Both the position numbers and the translations under genes were made by a program. Shown piece after piece: positions 23,044 through 25,405 of a DNA stretch of 25,405 bases (its first letter is position 1; every line of letters begins with the position of its first letter). Origin of the DNA: a virus (Duplodnaviria; Caudoviricetes); IMG/VR virus record IMGVR_UViG_3300007539_000186, positions 1 through 25,405 of that record; one strand, given 5' to 3'. Under the pieces are notes generated by a model, which was given only the letters and a program-made list of their open reading frames with translations, ran no database searches and was not told the DNA's origin.

Positions 23044-24247
23044 AAGGTTTTCGTCTTACGATCAATACATCAATCTACACTTTCCCGTAGAAAGAAAAGT
23101 CGCCCACAAAACATCAGACAACAATGGAAAATCTGAGCCTATTGATATAGAAATATATGATGTAAAAAATCTAGGTAGGGCTTTATTAATACAGGGTGAC
23201 ATACAACTACTAGAATCCCATGAATACAAATATCATGAATCCTTTGTTCATATCCCTCTCTCTTTCGTTAGGGAGCCTAAGAAAGTTCTTATTCTTGGGG
23301 GAGGCGATGGCGGCGCAGCTAGAGAAATCCTGAAACATGAATCCGTAGAAGAAATTAAAATTGTAGAGCTTTCTTCAGATGTGGTTGAAATGTGCAAAAA
23401 ATACATACCAAGCGTAGGCTATTCATTAAACGACCCTAAAGTTAAGATTGTATACGATAATGCTTGTGATTGGATTAGAAAAACAAAAGAAAAGTTTGAT
23501 TTGATTTTGATTGATGCTACAGATTTTTGCTCAACCCAAGACCAAGATTCAAGCAAATTTAATTTAAGGGACGAGGAAAATGTATCTTTTTGTCAAAATC
23601 TTCTATCGTCGAAAGGGGTGCTGGTTTATAATGACGATTTCTTTGGAATTAAAGAGCAAAATACAATCAACAGAACTATATATCTGCAAGAGCAATTTAA
23701 TTTTGTGAAGCCTTATAAGATAAACGTTCCGTATTTCTTAGGCGGCGATTATACTTTTATGATATGTTCCAATGAAGTTAATTTAGAAGCGGGAATTTTA
23801 CATACAAAAAAAATCAAAACCAAATTTTTCAATGAAGGTATTTTAAAGTCTTGTTTCAATTTAGGCGAAAATTTCGATAAAGGAATGCTTAATTATACAC
23901 TGGAAAGAAGTTTAGGAAATACCGTTACAATCGACTTTGTTGGATGCGATTTTGACTTGATAAACAACTTAAACTCTATTAAAGGTATTATGCAGGAATG
24001 TTTGGATTCTGGCGGCTTCAATGCTTTGAATTGCATCAGTCATCAATTTAAACCACAAGGAATAACTATAGCTTTTATATTAAGTGAGTCTCATTTTACC
24101 TGTCATTCTTGGCCCGAATATGGCAGAATTTGTTTTGATATATTTAGCTGCGCAGACCTCGAAAGAACTCAAAAACTTGTAGATAAATTGACTGAATTGA
24201 TTCCAAACGAAGGTATAAAAACAAACAGAATGGAAAGAAAAATTTAA
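23006..24247 (+). CDS. speE-speD: spermidine synthase (aminopropyltransferase) fused to a C-terminal class 1b S-adenosylmethionine decarboxylase proenzyme
   Basis: SpeE: YHE..VH.P....PKKVLILGGGDGGAARE, VE, FDLILIDATD. SpeD: HQFKPQGIT...LSESHFTCHSWPEYG...DIFSC. Both lie in one uninterrupted frame. Confidence 0.9.
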   Translation: MEKKSQQSNINYKRFSSYDQYINLHFPVERKVAHKTSDNNGKSEPIDIEIYDVKNLGRALLIQGDIQLLESHEYKYHESFVHIPLSFVREPKKVLILGGGDGGAAREILKHESVEEIKIVELSSDVVEMCKKYIPSVGYSLNDPKVKIVYDNACDWIRKTKEKFDLILIDATDFCSTQDQDSSKFNLRDEENVSFCQNLLSSKGVLVYNDDFFGIKEQNTINRTIYLQEQFNFVKPYKINVPYFLGGDYTFMICSNEVNLEAGILHTKKIKTKFFNEGILKSCFNLGENFDKGMLNYTLERSLGNTVTIDFVGCDFDLINNLNSIKGIMQECLDSGGFNALNCISHQFKPQGITIAFILSESHFTCHSWPEYGRICFDIFSCADLERTQKLVDKLTELIPNEGIKTNRMERKI

Positions 24248-24249
24248 CA

Positions 24250-24852
24250 ATGAATAAAAAAAGAAGAGAGGGTTTTTATGTTAAATGTGGAGATAAAATA
24301 TTTGCCGCTGTTTTGAAATCTGCTTCTGGTTCTATTATATTAGCCATATTAGAAAAACATTATAAATATATCTCAGATACAAATTCCCACATACAATTAG
24401 ATATGAAAAGGTTGCATTTGGAAGCTCCAAAATTAAGAAAGGGGCAAATAAATGGCAAAAACGTTATTTTAATCTCTAGAAATCCAATGGAAAGATTTCG
24501 CTCGGCTTGTGTCGAGGCTGAGAAGACGCCCGAAGAAGCTATTAATGAATTTGGAAGCTCGAAAATGAACCCCCATTTCATACCCACTTCTCATTGGCTC
24601 GTCGATGGATGTAAGTTATATAAATTTGAAGACCATTTAGAAGAAGCAGTTAAAGACTTGGGGTTAGATTGGCCCATGCCAATAGTCAAGGGTAAAAAAA
24701 TCCCAAAACCTATTTTGACTCCAGAACAAGTAAAGTCTGTAGAACTATTTTATAACGAAGATATAATTCTACATCGGTCTATAAAAAAAGCCGCCCAACC
24801 TTGGGAAGCTTTGAAAAAACCTTCTGTTGAGGAAGTTTTGAAATTTAAATAA
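24250..24852 (+). CDS. sulfotransferase family 2-like protein (200 aa)
   Basis: 5'-PSB-like VLKSASGSI, 3'-PB ISRNPMERFRSA, NPHFIP, YKFED and FYNEDI. Confidence 0.75.
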   Translation: MNKKRREGFYVKCGDKIFAAVLKSASGSIILAILEKHYKYISDTNSHIQLDMKRLHLEAPKLRKGQINGKNVILISRNPMERFRSACVEAEKTPEEAINEFGSSKMNPHFIPTSHWLVDGCKLYKFEDHLEEAVKDLGLDWPMPIVKGKKIPKPILTPEQVKSVELFYNEDIILHRSIKKAAQPWEALKKPSVEEVLKFK

Positions 24853-25405
24853 GTTTCAAAAGCTTGCGACATTCTTTTGCTGGAATGTCTTTATAATCTT
24901 TCCAGGTTTTAATTGTCTCTGGATCATTTTCATATTTGCCGTCTCCATAAAGCTTTCGTAGCTCATTTAGGAAAGAATTGAAGTCAGTACCCGCCTTTTC
25001 TTTTAAAATCCCTTGTGGGCTAATATCCTTTGCTCCAGAGGTTGATGAGGCAACTACGATAGGAGATTTATTCTTGGAAGAGTCAATTTCGTCAGCACCC
25101 ACAATATGAATACCTAAAAAGTTGCGAACAGCGCGAACAAATGCGCGATTCTCAGCAATGCACTCTAAAAACTTTGCGGCAAAACCATTTGTATTATGAA
25201 GTGTCGCATTAGCAATAGAGGAAAAACTGCAACCCCAATCATCAGCTTCTAAATTTTCATAATTCTTTACCCAATCAATTGTGCAACGAATGACTACTCG
25301 CTCATCAGAACTTTCTTCAATTGAATAAGAAACACTTTTAAATCCACGAAGCTTTGCAAGCTCTTTAATTCCCCCAAGCTTGATCAAAAGCTGAGAATCG
25401 TCCAA
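24845..25405 (-). CDS. putative ssDNA-annealing (Rad52/RecT-like) protein, 5'-truncated by the window edge
   Basis: IKLGGIKELA...VVIRCTI...IAENRAFVRAVRNFLGI...ADEI resembles the AExRAxxRAxR..xG...xxE helix of SSAPs. The frame is open to the edge, so the listed start is an artefact. Confidence 0.45.
   Translation of the reverse strand: MDDSQLLIKLGGIKELAKLRGFKSVSYSIEESSDERVVIRCTIDWVKNYENLEADDWGCSFSSIANATLHNTNGFAAKFLECIAENRAFVRAVRNFLGIHIVGADEIDSSKNKSPIVVASSTSGAKDISPQGILKEKAGTDFNSFLNELRKLYGDGKYENDPETIKTWKDYKDIPAKECRKLLKLI

Noticed and set aside
1-25405. Stop-codon reassignment (alternative genetic code)
   Set aside because: Long intact ORFs tile the window under the standard code, and TAA, TAG and TGA all end genes at sensible boundaries.

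Overview
AT-rich (about 30% GC by hand-sampled lines) segment of a tailed dsDNA phage genome, standard genetic code. The core is a minus-strand lambda-type tail-tip module with unusual stoichiometry: one gpL, one JAB-only gpK, two gpI paralogues and two very large gpJ paralogues (2094 and 1908 aa) that carry different inserted domains. To its left lie a plus-strand APH/choline-kinase-fold gene with degenerate catalytic residues, then a locally GC-richer cassette: a BspA-type LRR protein built from 14 near-identical 66-bp repeats behind a fibre-like N-terminus, a sulfotransferase and a DUF4376-like protein. A terminator follows, then a run of small hypothetical genes with TTGACA-type promoters. 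To the right of the tail module is a plus-strand operon: two paralogous GNAT-like genes, a spermidine synthase-SAM decarboxylase fusion (SpeE first, SpeD second) and a second sulfotransferase. The window ends in a truncated putative ssDNA-annealing protein. A GTGTAA motif sits 8-13 nt before five start codons and is a candidate late promoter. No tRNA, rRNA, CRISPR array, integrase or reverse transcriptase was seen. All family calls come from motif recognition by eye; no searches were run.
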